Source: an uncultured delta proteobacterium
GTDB lineage: Bacteria > Desulfobacterota > Desulfuromonadia > Desulfuromonadales > BM103
Length of the DNA stretch: 64,000 nucleotides
Assembly: GCA_963715335.1 (NCBI GenBank)
Contig: CAVQRZ010000001.1
Span: 256,001 to 320,000 of the forward strand
Reading direction: 5' to 3'
Positions 48,700 through 58,578 of this stretch are shown here, one piece after another. Positions within the stretch are counted from its first letter, which is position 1. Each line of letters begins with the position of its first letter. The translations under genes were made by a program, and so were the position numbers. Below the pieces are notes generated by a model. The model was given only the letters and a program-made list of their open reading frames with translations. It had not been told where the DNA came from and did not search any database.

Positions 48700-48912
48700 A
48701 TGCTCGCTATTCGTTTGGAAAAAGACCTAGAGAAAGAAATTGATTTGCTCGCAAAAACCAAAGGCAGCAATCGAAGTGCTGTGGTGCGTGAAGCGATTGT
48801 ACGTTACCTAGAAGACAATGAAGATCTTGAACTAGCAAAGCAGGCTCTCGCAGAAACTATTAGCAGTAAATCTCTCAAAGATTTGAGGAAAGACCTTGGC
48901 CTGGACAGTTGA
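48700..48912 (+). CDS. Ribbon-helix-helix antitoxin (RelB/CopG-like)
   Basis: MLAIRLEKDLEKEIDLLAK...RSAVVREAI..YLED.ED; overlaps toxin. Confidence 0.88.
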   Translation: MLAIRLEKDLEKEIDLLAKTKGSNRSAVVREAIVRYLEDNEDLELAKQALAETISSKSLKDLRKDLGLDS

Positions 48913-49171
48913 GGTCAGTAATTATGCTGAGAAGCAACTCCGCAAGCTAGACAAGCCTATACAACAAAGGCTTCTCGATTGGCTTGATGATCGTATCGAG
49001 GGTTGCAAGAACCCCAGGCATTTTGGAGAACCTCTGCGAGGAGAAATGGCTGGGCTTTGGCGTTACCGCATTGGAGACTACAGATTTATTTGTGAAATTC
49101 AGGATCAGCAGCTTGTTGTTTTGGCACTAGCAGTGGGGCATCGTAGAGAGATTTATCTTAGGCGCAGTTAA
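48896..49171 (+). CDS. RelE/StbE family mRNA interferase toxin
   Basis: NPRHFGEPLRG...LWRYRIGDYR...VGHRREIY. Confidence 0.92.
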   Translation: MAWTVEVSNYAEKQLRKLDKPIQQRLLDWLDDRIEGCKNPRHFGEPLRGEMAGLWRYRIGDYRFICEIQDQQLVVLALAVGHRREIYLRRS

Positions 49172-49455
49172 ATGACCACTGTGTCAGTCGCAGGGGTTCT
49201 AGGATTCATGCAGATTTGAGAAATTAAGCTCATCCTATATTACCTTAGGTAATGCGAGACATTCTTTTCTCCTTAAAAGTCACGATTAACAGTACCCATT
49301 GGAAGCACACCAGAACATATTCTTAATATATGTTATCGCAACACTTTCTTTATAAGACCTGGAGGACTTATACATTTCCAGAGACTCTTCGCGTTGACCT
49401 GATTGCACCTCTAACGGGGACGGAACCCTTTTGCTGTCCACAAATATCCGGTTTA

Positions 49456-49647
49456 TCAGCCTTCTTTGACACCAAGCTTGCGCAGAAGAGTAATCATCGG
49501 GCACCAGTTGGAAAAGGCACTCTGGAAGAGGTTCAGCCCGACAAAGGCGGTGAAGAAAAGCCAGTAGGCAGAATGCAGTTGCGACAGGATAACGCTGAAC
49601 ACGATGAAGAAGCCGGCGATCAGGCGCAGGTAACGATTGACGGTCAT
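49456..49647 (-). CDS. DUF2892 (YgaP-like) small membrane protein
   Basis: RLIAG...FVGLNLFQSAFSNWCPM; ATGA-coupled to RND gene. Confidence 0.88.
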   Translation of the reverse strand: MTVNRYLRLIAGFFIVFSVILSQLHSAYWLFFTAFVGLNLFQSAFSNWCPMITLLRKLGVKEG

Positions 49648-52600
49648 GGTTGGAATCTCCTTGCATGGGCCTCAGGGTCACGGCCGTAAATCAGCCAGTA
49701 GACGATGGGGATGACGATAAGAGTGAATGCGGTCGAGGCAAAGACGCCGAAGATGATCGACCAGGCCAATCCTGAGAAGATCGGGTCGAGGGTAATGATC
49801 CAGTTGCCGAGCAGAGCGGCCCCGGCCGTCAGCAGGATCGGGCGGAGCCGCACGGCACCGCTTTCGACCAAAGCGTCCTGCAATTGTACTCCGCGTTTGA
49901 GCGCATGATGGATGAAGTCGATCAGGATGATCGAATTGCGGACCACGATTCCGGCCAGGGCGATCATGCCGATCATCGCCGTGGCGGTGAAGAAAATCGG
50001 CGTATCGTAGCCGCCCACCGGGTGATCAAAGAGCAGGTTCAGCAACCAGAACCCTGGCATGATACCGATCATGGTCAGGGGAATCGCGCCCATAATGATC
50101 AATGGCATGGCATAGGATCCGGTTTCCAGAATCAACAGGATATAGATCAGTACCAGTGCCGCGCCGAAGGCAAGCCCCAGGTCACGAAAGACATCAAGGG
50201 TGATATTCCATTCCCCTTCGCCACTCCAGACCACCCGGGTACCGTTCGGCAGGGGATGGTCGTCGAAATGCCCGCCGATGTTGAGGATGGCATTGACCGG
50301 ACTGCGACCGGCCATCTCGCCGAACACGTAGACGACCCGCTCCAGGTTCTTGTGGTAGATCGTCGGCTCGAGCGTGTCGGCCCGGAACTCCCCCAACTCG
50401 CCCAACTGCACAACGCGACCATTGGTGCCGCGCAGCGGTAGCCCGGAAAGCGCCTCGATCGAAGACCGCTCGGCACGAGCGAGACGCACCTCGATATGCA
50501 GGGGGTGACGTTCGGTTGGCACATGCACCGTACCGACCCGGTCCCCGCTCAGAGCGGTCCTCAATGTCCGGGCGATATCCGTAATGGCAACCCCGGCAAG
50601 AGCCGCCTTGTTGCGATCAGGAACAAAGGTATAGCGGGTCTGAGCATATTCCACGGTATCGTCGACATCAACCACCTTGTCTTCCGCGGCCATGCGGTCC
50701 TTGATCAGGAGGGCGGAGGCAATTTGCTGGTCGTAGGGGACTCCCGGGTCTGCATACACCTCCCCGACCAGGGTGGCAATCACCGGGGGGCCTGGCGGGA
50801 GCTCGACAATCTTGAGCAGCGCCCCGTGCTGGCGGGCAATGCGCGTCAGGTCGCTCCTCAGCCGCAGGGTAATCGGATGGCTTTGCTGGACCCGGTCGCC
50901 CTTGGCGGCCAGATTGATCCGCAAGTCAGCCAGATTGGGCGCCTGGCGCATGTAGTAATGCCGTACCATGCCGTTGAAGTCCATGGCACTGGCCGTTCCC
51001 ACGTAAGCAGCGACATCCGTTACCTCGTTAACGGTCACCAGGTAATCTTCCAGAGCCCGGACCGCACGGTCGGTTTCTTCCAGGGTGCTTCCTTCCGGCA
51101 GGTCGACGACCAACTGGAACTCGTTCTTGTTGTCAAACGGCAGCATCTTCAGCGGGACCAGTCCAAGCGCCGGTAAAGACATCGAGGCAAGCAGGAGCAA
51201 GACAACCCCGCCAACCAGCAGCCAGGCCTTGCGGCGGCTGGCGAGAAAAGGCTCAAGGAGTTGTCGGTAGACGCGGTAAGTCCGGGTTTTTTCGAGGACG
51301 ACCTCCTCATGTCCGCCCTTGCCATGCTCGCCTTTCAGGACATGGAAACTCATCCACGGGGTCACGGTGAAGGAGACCAGCAGCGACATGATCATGGTCA
51401 ACGGCAGGTTGATCGCCATCGGCCGCATATAAGGCCCCATCATACCGGTGATAAAAAGCATCGGCAGAAAAGACAGAATCACCGCGAGAGTCGCGAGAAT
51501 CACCGGCGGACGGACTTCGTCGACGGCGGAAAGGACAGCGTCGCGCGGCGGCTCCTTCTTCATCTTCAAGTGTCGGTAGATATTTTCGACATCAACGATC
51601 GGATCATCGACCAGCAGGCCGAGGGCCAGGACCAGGGCGAACAGGGTGACCCGGTTGATCGTGTAGCCAAACCAGTAGTTCACCAGCAGCGTCAGGGAGT
51701 AGATAATCGGGATCGAAACGGCAACGATCAGGGCCTCCCGCCAGCCGAGGGCAACCAGAACCAAAAGCAGGACGGTGACGACCGCAATGGTCAAGTGCAT
51801 CATCAGTTCGTTGACCTTGTGATCGGCGGTCTCGCCGTAGTTTCGGGTCACCCGCACTTCGATGTCGTCGGGGATGACGACGCCCTGCAACGACCTGACG
51901 GTTTCGATCACATCTTCGGCAACGACGACCGCATTCGTCCCCTTCTGCTTGGCGACAGCGATATGCACGGCATTGTACGCGCCACTCGCCGGATTCGAGC
52001 TTCCCACTGCCGCCGGTCCGAAACGCAGCCGCGTATAGTGCTCGGCCTCGGCGTTACCGTCACTCACGCTGGCAACATCACCGAGATAGACAGGTCGGTC
52101 GTCATTGACGCCCACGACCAGCTCTGCGACTTCGGCGGCCGAGGCGAAGAAACTGCCGCCCCGCACCAGATGCTCCATATTGCCTAGCTGAAAACGGCCA
52201 GCCGGAAGCTCGAGGTTGGCGCCATCCAGGGCCCTGCTGATAGTCAGTAGGTCGATGCCACGGGCCGCGACCGCCGCGGGGTCGACAATCACATTCACCT
52301 GGCGTGGCTGACCGCCGATCAGGGTGGTGATGGACGTTTTACGCACGGCCTGCAGGCGATCAACCACTTCTTCCGCGACCCTGCGCAGGTCGTGGTTGGA
52401 AGCATGATCCGAATACAGCGCGAGGTTGACGATCGGCACATCGTCCACTTCGACCGGCTTGATCACCCAGCCGGTCACGCCCGGGGGCACCGCGTCATAG
52501 TGAGTGCTGATCTTGTTGTACAGTTTGACCAGGGACTGGATGCGGTCCTCGCCGACATAGAAACGAACCGTCACCACGGCCAGATCGGGACGGGACATGG

Positions 52601-52868
52601 AATAGACGTATTCGACGCCGTCGACCTGCCAGAGCAGCTTCTCCAAACGCGTAGCCACCTGCTTCTCCACTTCGGCGGCGCTCGCCCCGGGCATGTGGAC
52701 ATACACATCCGCCAGGGGCACGACGATCTGCGGCTCCTCTTCGCGCGGCGTCAGGGCCATTGCGGCCAGCCCGGCGATCACCGACAGAACGATCAGGATG
52801 ACCGAGAGGTTGCCATCGAGAAAACGGGCAACGATCCGGGTCGGTAGCGACCGGTGTTTCTGGTTCAT
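49644..52868 (-). CDS. RND efflux inner-membrane permease (AcrB/AcrD/AcrF family)
   Basis: 1074 aa; PREEEPQI, GLLVDDPIVDVENI, GIVVRNSIILIDF, RLRPILLT. Confidence 0.95.
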   Translation of the reverse strand: MNQKHRSLPTRIVARFLDGNLSVILIVLSVIAGLAAMALTPREEEPQIVVPLADVYVHMPGASAAEVEKQVATRLEKLLWQVDGVEYVYSMSRPDLAVVTVRFYVGEDRIQSLVKLYNKISTHYDAVPPGVTGWVIKPVEVDDVPIVNLALYSDHASNHDLRRVAEEVVDRLQAVRKTSITTLIGGQPRQVNVIVDPAAVAARGIDLLTISRALDGANLELPAGRFQLGNMEHLVRGGSFFASAAEVAELVVGVNDDRPVYLGDVASVSDGNAEAEHYTRLRFGPAAVGSSNPASGAYNAVHIAVAKQKGTNAVVVAEDVIETVRSLQGVVIPDDIEVRVTRNYGETADHKVNELMMHLTIAVVTVLLLVLVALGWREALIVAVSIPIIYSLTLLVNYWFGYTINRVTLFALVLALGLLVDDPIVDVENIYRHLKMKKEPPRDAVLSAVDEVRPPVILATLAVILSFLPMLFITGMMGPYMRPMAINLPLTMIMSLLVSFTVTPWMSFHVLKGEHGKGGHEEVVLEKTRTYRVYRQLLEPFLASRRKAWLLVGGVVLLLLASMSLPALGLVPLKMLPFDNKNEFQLVVDLPEGSTLEETDRAVRALEDYLVTVNEVTDVAAYVGTASAMDFNGMVRHYYMRQAPNLADLRINLAAKGDRVQQSHPITLRLRSDLTRIARQHGALLKIVELPPGPPVIATLVGEVYADPGVPYDQQIASALLIKDRMAAEDKVVDVDDTVEYAQTRYTFVPDRNKAALAGVAITDIARTLRTALSGDRVGTVHVPTERHPLHIEVRLARAERSSIEALSGLPLRGTNGRVVQLGELGEFRADTLEPTIYHKNLERVVYVFGEMAGRSPVNAILNIGGHFDDHPLPNGTRVVWSGEGEWNITLDVFRDLGLAFGAALVLIYILLILETGSYAMPLIIMGAIPLTMIGIMPGFWLLNLLFDHPVGGYDTPIFFTATAMIGMIALAGIVVRNSIILIDFIHHALKRGVQLQDALVESGAVRLRPILLTAGAALLGNWIITLDPIFSGLAWSIIFGVFASTAFTLIVIPIVYWLIYGRDPEAHARRFQP

Positions 52869-53975
52869 CGCTGAGGCTCCAGTCGTGCACCATGCCTGGC
52901 CAGTTCGAGACCGGCAACGACTATCTCTTCACCCGGCAGCAGCCCGGACAGGATTTCAACCTGGTTTGCAGAAGCCGGACCAGTCCGCACCAGGCGGTAC
53001 TTAAGAACCTGGTCTTCGACCACGTAAACCGATGTCAACTGGCCACGGACAACCAGCGCAGAGGCGGGGATGCTGAGGCGATTTTGGTCGGCTTGCGCCG
53101 GGATACCAATTTTCGCATACAGGCCACCCTGCAGTTTTTCGTTGTCGGCGAGTGCCAGCTTGGCTGATACCGTCCTGGTCTTCGGGTCGACGGCCGGCAC
53201 CATTGCTGCGAGCCGGGCACGGGTTTTCAGGGCAATCGACGGGATCTCGACCGGGAATTCGTCGTTGATGCGATAACGGCCGGCGACACTCTCCGGCAGT
53301 TCGACCCGAACCTGCCAGAGGCCACTGCGATCCAGGGTCAGGAGGGGCGTTCCCGGCAGGACGGTGGTTCCGGCATCAACCAGAATTTCGACAACCGTGG
53401 CATCGAAAGGCGCCGTCAAGGTTGCCAGCCCGGCCATGGTCGCAGCACCTTCCTGATTGGCAAGACCGGCAGCCAGTGCTGATTCGGCAGCGGCAAGGCG
53501 TTCATGCGCGGTATTTTTTTCGGCCAGGACCCGATCGATATTCGAGGGCCGTCAAGGCTCCCTTTTCATAAAGGCTTGCATAACGGACGAAATTCTTGTC
53601 AGCCAGCCCGGCGTGCAAACGGGCTTCTTCCAGCTTACTGCGCGCGGCAGCGACGGCAGCCAGCGCCGCTTTGAGATCGGCCCGCACAGTTTCCCCGGTG
53701 AGTTCCAGCAGCGGCTGCCCCTGTTTGACGGCCGCCCCTTCCTGAACCAGGGAGCGGGCAACCTGCCCTGCTATGCGCGCCGTCATGACGGCGCGGTCCA
53801 TACTCGCCACCGTGCCCGACAGGAACCGGCTGGCGGTGGCTTCGGCACGGGCGACGACGATTGTCTGCAAGCCGCTGATGACGTCCTGCTGAGCTCTGGT
53901 CTCTCCTGGCTCAATCCGGTCGCCGCAACCATAAAGAATGAACAGTGCGGTTAAAACAGCAAGAGCAGATTTCAT
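52865..53975 (-). pseudogene. RND periplasmic adaptor (MFP) interrupted by a one-base frameshift near 53537-53540
   Basis: 5' ORF has lipobox ILYGC and lipoyl half; removing one base gives ..ALE(Y/F)DRVLAEKNTAHERLAAAE..TMAGLATLTAPFDA in frame with the 3' ORF. Confidence 0.85.
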
Positions 53976-55318
53976 GGTTTATCCTCACTCTGAATCTTGA
54001 GAGCTCCAAGGAGGGTGCCCTCCTGGTAGTGAACATTGGCCCGGGCGGCCACCAGGTTAACCTCGGCTTCGGCGAGGGCGCTGCGCGAGAGCGCCAGTTC
54101 GGTTTGGACTTCAAGCAGTTCCGACAGGGTCGCCAGGCCGGCGCCAAACCTTTCCACTACGACCTTGCGCGCGGCATCAGAGGCAGCATGAGAACCGCGT
54201 GCCAGTTGCAGAAACGCCTCAGCTTCGCCGGCCTTGAGGACCGCGTCTCTAATCTCGAGGTGCACCTGGCGCATGCGATCGTCATGTTGAAGTTCCAGAG
54301 CGCGTTGGCGGGCCCTGGCCTGTTTCAAGAGGTGGGAACGTTCGTAAAAATCGAAGACCGTCCATTGCAAGCCGACCGATACGCTCCAGGCCTCGGCCTC
54401 TGCACCGAACGGGGTGTCTTCATCATGCAGGATATAGGACGCTTGCAGACCGGCCTTGGGCAGGTACGATGACCACTGCTGTTGCGCCGCAAGTTCCGAC
54501 TCTCGGACCTTGTTTGACGAGGCGTCTAGGTCCCCGCGCTGCAAAACTCCGGTGACACTCGGTACCGGCAGCCAGTCAGGGGGGAGAGGGCCTGCGATGT
54601 CTATTTCCCCATCAGGTCTGCCCATCGCAACCGCCAGACGACTGCGCGCCATTGTCAGGGCATTGGTACTCGATAGCAGGTTGCGTTTTGCAGCGTAGAG
54701 CAGGACCTCGCTGCGCAAGGTATCGGCATGCAACCCGGTCCCCGCCGTTTCCCGCTCCCGGGACAGAGACATCACCTCCTCGGCCTCGTCAAGAGATTGC
54801 TCTGCCCACTCCAGACGGGTTCTGGATTTCTGGACATCGAGATAGGCTCGCAACAAAGCATAAGCGGTCTCCTCACGCTGCCTTTGCATAAGATCCGTGG
54901 CCATTTGCTGGGTGGCCGAGGCCCGCTCCTTGCCATAATATACGGCAGGATCGAAAAGAGGCTGGGTCAGGCTCAAGCGGGTTTCGAAGTCGTGGCGGTC
55001 AGGCGGATCGTTGTAGGCGTCCGCCGTCGGACTCAATTCCAGCTTCTCCTGATTGAGGTCGATGAAGAGGCTGCCGGCCGGTTCGTTGGTCGCGTAATAC
55101 TGCTCGCTCAAGGTCAAACGTGGCAGATACTGACTGGCACTGGCGTGGTAAGCGGCATCTTGCGCCGCAACATCCGCCCTGGCAGCCAACAGCAGGGGGT
55201 GCTCGCCAAACGCGGCGTGCAAGGCCTCACCAATGGTCGCCTTTTCCATGTCGGCGGCCACGAGCATCGGCGAGCCAACCATGAGAAGCGAGAGTAGGAT
55301 TAAACGCAAACCGTTCAT
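53972..55318 (-). CDS. TolC family outer membrane efflux protein; alternative start 55369
   Basis: Signal peptide, YLPRLTLS, LTQPLFD, YLPKAGL, RFGAGLATLSELL. Confidence 0.9.
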   Translation of the reverse strand: MNGLRLILLSLLMVGSPMLVAADMEKATIGEALHAAFGEHPLLLAARADVAAQDAAYHASASQYLPRLTLSEQYYATNEPAGSLFIDLNQEKLELSPTADAYNDPPDRHDFETRLSLTQPLFDPAVYYGKERASATQQMATDLMQRQREETAYALLRAYLDVQKSRTRLEWAEQSLDEAEEVMSLSRERETAGTGLHADTLRSEVLLYAAKRNLLSSTNALTMARSRLAVAMGRPDGEIDIAGPLPPDWLPVPSVTGVLQRGDLDASSNKVRESELAAQQQWSSYLPKAGLQASYILHDEDTPFGAEAEAWSVSVGLQWTVFDFYERSHLLKQARARQRALELQHDDRMRQVHLEIRDAVLKAGEAEAFLQLARGSHAASDAARKVVVERFGAGLATLSELLEVQTELALSRSALAEAEVNLVAARANVHYQEGTLLGALKIQSEDKP

Positions 55319-55545
55319 GTTTTTTAATATATATATATAGATATTTAAATTCAAGAGCTTTTTCACCATGATCCCTCCAGAATGATTTCCCAAGTCATTT
55401 TAACAAAGATTGGCTATGTTTAATGGGATTGCGCACTTTTTACTTTTTCTGACAAAACCCTTTGAAATAAAACAGGGTTTGGTTTAGGATGTTGAGCCTA
55501 TATTTATCAATTCTGCTTTATTAACCCCATAAAGGAGCGGCAAAC

Positions 55546-56589
55546 ATGAAACGATTGATTTTATTGGTAATGGTTCTCTGTCTCACCCTGGTCTTCGGTG
55601 TCGGCGCAGGCCTCGCCGAGGAGAAAAAAGACCCCCTGGAGGCATGGAAGCCGAAGTTTGATCCGAGCGGCGCAGAATTCACCTATATTCTGTCCAATAT
55701 CTCCCATCCGGTCATTGAAGGCGTCGGTTTTGGCTACCGTCTGCGCGACCGCGTCTGGGAAGACTCGAAAGGCCGCCTGTACGTCGACTTCCGTCCCCTG
55801 GCCCAGTTGGGTGGTGAGAAGGACGTTATCAACAAGCTCAAGCTCGGCGCCGTACATGGCATGCTGAGCTCTTCGGTTGCTGCCGCAAACGTCGCTGACA
55901 CCCTCGGCATCGTCAACCTCCCCTATGTCGTCGACACCTTTGACAAGCTCGACAAGTTCCGCAACACCCCGGAGCTTTGGGAGCCTTTTGCCAACAGCGC
56001 TCTGGGTGGCGGCATCATGACTGTTGACTTCACCGGTTACGGTGCCTACGGCTGGGCGACCACCGATCCGGTCAACACGATTGCCGATGCCAAGAAAGTC
56101 AACTTCCGCATCGCCGAGGCACCGGTCAACGCCGACTTCTACAAGGCATGGGGCCTCAAATTCACCGTTATGCCGTGGCCGGACGTTCCCCAGGCCCTGC
56201 AGACCGGCGTGATCACCGGCCTCGACCACACAGCGATCGTCTGCAACATCACCAAGAAGTTCACCATCGCCAAAAACTTCACCGAGCTTGACTACGCCCA
56301 GGGCCTTTTCATCCACCTGATGAACAAGCGCTGGTTCGAAAAGCTGCCCGCCGACCTGCAGCAGGTCCTGATGACCGCGATCGTCGAGGAAAGTGCCAAG
56401 ACCCGCGAACTGACCCGCAAGCAACATGAAGACCAGGTTGCCAAGGCCAAGGAAGCCGGCGTCGCCTTCCACAAGCTCTCCGACGCCGAAAAACAGCAGC
56501 TGATCGACATGATTGCTCCGGTCTACCAGGCCTGGGGTGAGAAGATCGGCATGGACTATCTCAAAAAGGTTCAGGCTGACCTCAAATAA
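55546..56589 (+). CDS. dctP: TRAP transporter solute-binding protein
   Basis: Signal peptide; AQLGGEKD, FRIAE, MPWPDVPQALQTGVITG. Confidence 0.9.
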   Translation: MKRLILLVMVLCLTLVFGVGAGLAEEKKDPLEAWKPKFDPSGAEFTYILSNISHPVIEGVGFGYRLRDRVWEDSKGRLYVDFRPLAQLGGEKDVINKLKLGAVHGMLSSSVAAANVADTLGIVNLPYVVDTFDKLDKFRNTPELWEPFANSALGGGIMTVDFTGYGAYGWATTDPVNTIADAKKVNFRIAEAPVNADFYKAWGLKFTVMPWPDVPQALQTGVITGLDHTAIVCNITKKFTIAKNFTELDYAQGLFIHLMNKRWFEKLPADLQQVLMTAIVEESAKTRELTRKQHEDQVAKAKEAGVAFHKLSDAEKQQLIDMIAPVYQAWGEKIGMDYLKKVQADLK

Positions 56590-56621
56590 TTGATTCTTTC
56601 TGCAAAAACCGCTATATTCAG

Positions 56622-56656
56622 CGACCGGGGAGATGACTTCTCCCCGGTCGTTTTTT
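56622..56656 (+). terminator. Intra-operon terminator or stabiliser after dctP
   Basis: CGACCGGGGAGA-TGACT-TCTCCCCGGTCG followed by T6. Confidence 0.8.
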
Positions 56657-56699
56657 ATCGGCGGCAAATACTGCTCCAAAGCCTTTTCGTTGAGTAAAA

Positions 56700-57221
56700 A
56701 TGAAAAACCTCGTTTACCACATTCATCGCACCTTCGCTCTTGTTGAAGACTGGAGTCTCTTCATTACGGTTATGGTCGCCCTGCTGGTGGCCATCGCCAA
56801 CGTCGTGCTGCGCAAGCTGACCAACGACGTCAATCTTTACTGGTCGGACGAGGTGGTCCGCAAAACCATCTTCTTCACCACCTATGTCGGCTGCATCGCT
56901 GCGATCCGCAACCGCTCTCTGATCCGTATCGATGCCCTGCCGCAGCTCTTTCCGTTCATGAAAAAACCGCTGACCCTGCTCAACCATTTAGGGGTTCTGG
57001 TTTTTGCCGGTTTCATGATCCATCTCGGCTACTCCCTGACCGTTCTGGTCCGCAACGACCAGTTCGCCAAAACCGCGTCCCTGCAGATCCCCGAATGGTA
57101 CTTCTACGCCGTGTTCCCGATCATGGGTGTGATGATGTTCATCCGCACCCTGATCGTCATGGTCGAGGACTGGTTCGGCATCGACCTCTGCAAACCGCCA
57201 ACCAAGGATGAGGTGGCCTGA
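56700..57221 (+). CDS. dctQ: TRAP transporter small permease
   Basis: 4 TM; NVVLR, WSDEVVR, IRID. Confidence 0.88.
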   Translation: MKNLVYHIHRTFALVEDWSLFITVMVALLVAIANVVLRKLTNDVNLYWSDEVVRKTIFFTTYVGCIAAIRNRSLIRIDALPQLFPFMKKPLTLLNHLGVLVFAGFMIHLGYSLTVLVRNDQFAKTASLQIPEWYFYAVFPIMGVMMFIRTLIVMVEDWFGIDLCKPPTKDEVA

Positions 57222-58513
57222 TGGAGACCAACTACCTCGTCATTCTGGCGCTGCTGATCGGCTGCCTGGCCTCAACGGTCCCGGTGTTCATGGCACTCTT
57301 TTTCACCGGCATGGTCGGACTGGTCTGGATTGCCGGGATCGATCCGCAGATTGTTGTCGAAGTCCTCTATCGCAGCATGGACAAGTTTGCCCTGATCGTT
57401 GTGCTCTTCTTCGTCCTGTGCGGCAACATCATGACCACCGGCAGTATCGTCGCGAAACTGATCAAGACCGCCAACTGCCTGGTCGGCTTCCTGCCCGGCG
57501 GATTGGCCATAGCCGGGGTTCTGGCCTGTGGCTTCTTCGGCGCCATTTCCGGTTCGACGGTGGCCACCGTGGTCGCCATCGGCGGCTTTATGATCCCGGC
57601 GCTGCTCAAGCACAACTATGACGAGAAGTTCTCCGTCGGCATCATGACCACGGCGCCGATCCTCGGCGTTGTGATTCCGCCGTCGATATCGATGATTCTC
57701 TACGCCATGGTCAGCAACGACCCGCTCGAGGCGCTCTTTCTGACCGGCTTCGTTCCCGGTCTCCTGATCATCGTTTTCATGTCGCTCTACGCCTACTTCT
57801 TTTGCCGGCGCGTCGAAGCCGACACGATGCCGCGCCCGAGCTTCAAGGAGTTTTTCGCCACCGTGCGCGAAAGCATCTGGGCGCTGATGCTGCCGGTGCT
57901 GATTTTCGGCGGCATCTACTCAGGTTATTTCACCGCCAACGAAGCGGCCGTAGTCGCCTGCTTTTACGCTTTTGTTGTTGAGATCTGCATCCACCGCGAC
58001 CTGAAACTTCGCGACGTGAAAAATGTCGTCATCTCTTCGGCGATCACCTCGGCAACGCTGCTGGTGATCGTCGCCGGGGCTTCGGTCTTCGGCGAGTACC
58101 TGACTTTCGAGCAGATCCCCGGCCAGATTGCCAATGCCGTGGTCGACAATATCCAGACGCCCTGGGTCTTCCTGCTGTCGGTGAATATCCTGCTGCTGAT
58201 CATCGGCATGTTCATGGATATCATTTCCGCGACCCTGATCCTGACGCCGATCTTTTTGCCGCTCCTTGCGCGCTTCGGCATCGATTCCATGCATTTCGGC
58301 CTGCTGATGACTCTCAACCTCGGCATTGGCTACTGCACACCACCACTCGGCGTCAGCCTCTATATCTCCGGCGCCGTAGCTGACCGTGACCTGATCTACG
58401 TCTCCAAGGCGGTTCTGCCTTTTCTTGCAATCCAGGTTGCCATCCTGATGCTTCTGACGTTCTGGCCCGACATGGTACTGTTCCTGCCCAGGTGGGTTTA
58501 CCCGACCCCTTGA
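57221..58513 (+). CDS. dctM: TRAP transporter large permease
   Basis: FGAISGS, IPPSISMILY, FTANEAA, TPPLG. Confidence 0.93.
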   Translation: METNYLVILALLIGCLASTVPVFMALFFTGMVGLVWIAGIDPQIVVEVLYRSMDKFALIVVLFFVLCGNIMTTGSIVAKLIKTANCLVGFLPGGLAIAGVLACGFFGAISGSTVATVVAIGGFMIPALLKHNYDEKFSVGIMTTAPILGVVIPPSISMILYAMVSNDPLEALFLTGFVPGLLIIVFMSLYAYFFCRRVEADTMPRPSFKEFFATVRESIWALMLPVLIFGGIYSGYFTANEAAVVACFYAFVVEICIHRDLKLRDVKNVVISSAITSATLLVIVAGASVFGEYLTFEQIPGQIANAVVDNIQTPWVFLLSVNILLLIIGMFMDIISATLILTPIFLPLLARFGIDSMHFGLLMTLNLGIGYCTPPLGVSLYISGAVADRDLIYVSKAVLPFLAIQVAILMLLTFWPDMVLFLPRWVYPTP

Positions 58514-58578
58514 TGGCTTTGAGCTCTGACTGGGCCCTGTCACCAGCCAGTCACTAGCCGCTGAGAGCGGAGGTTACG

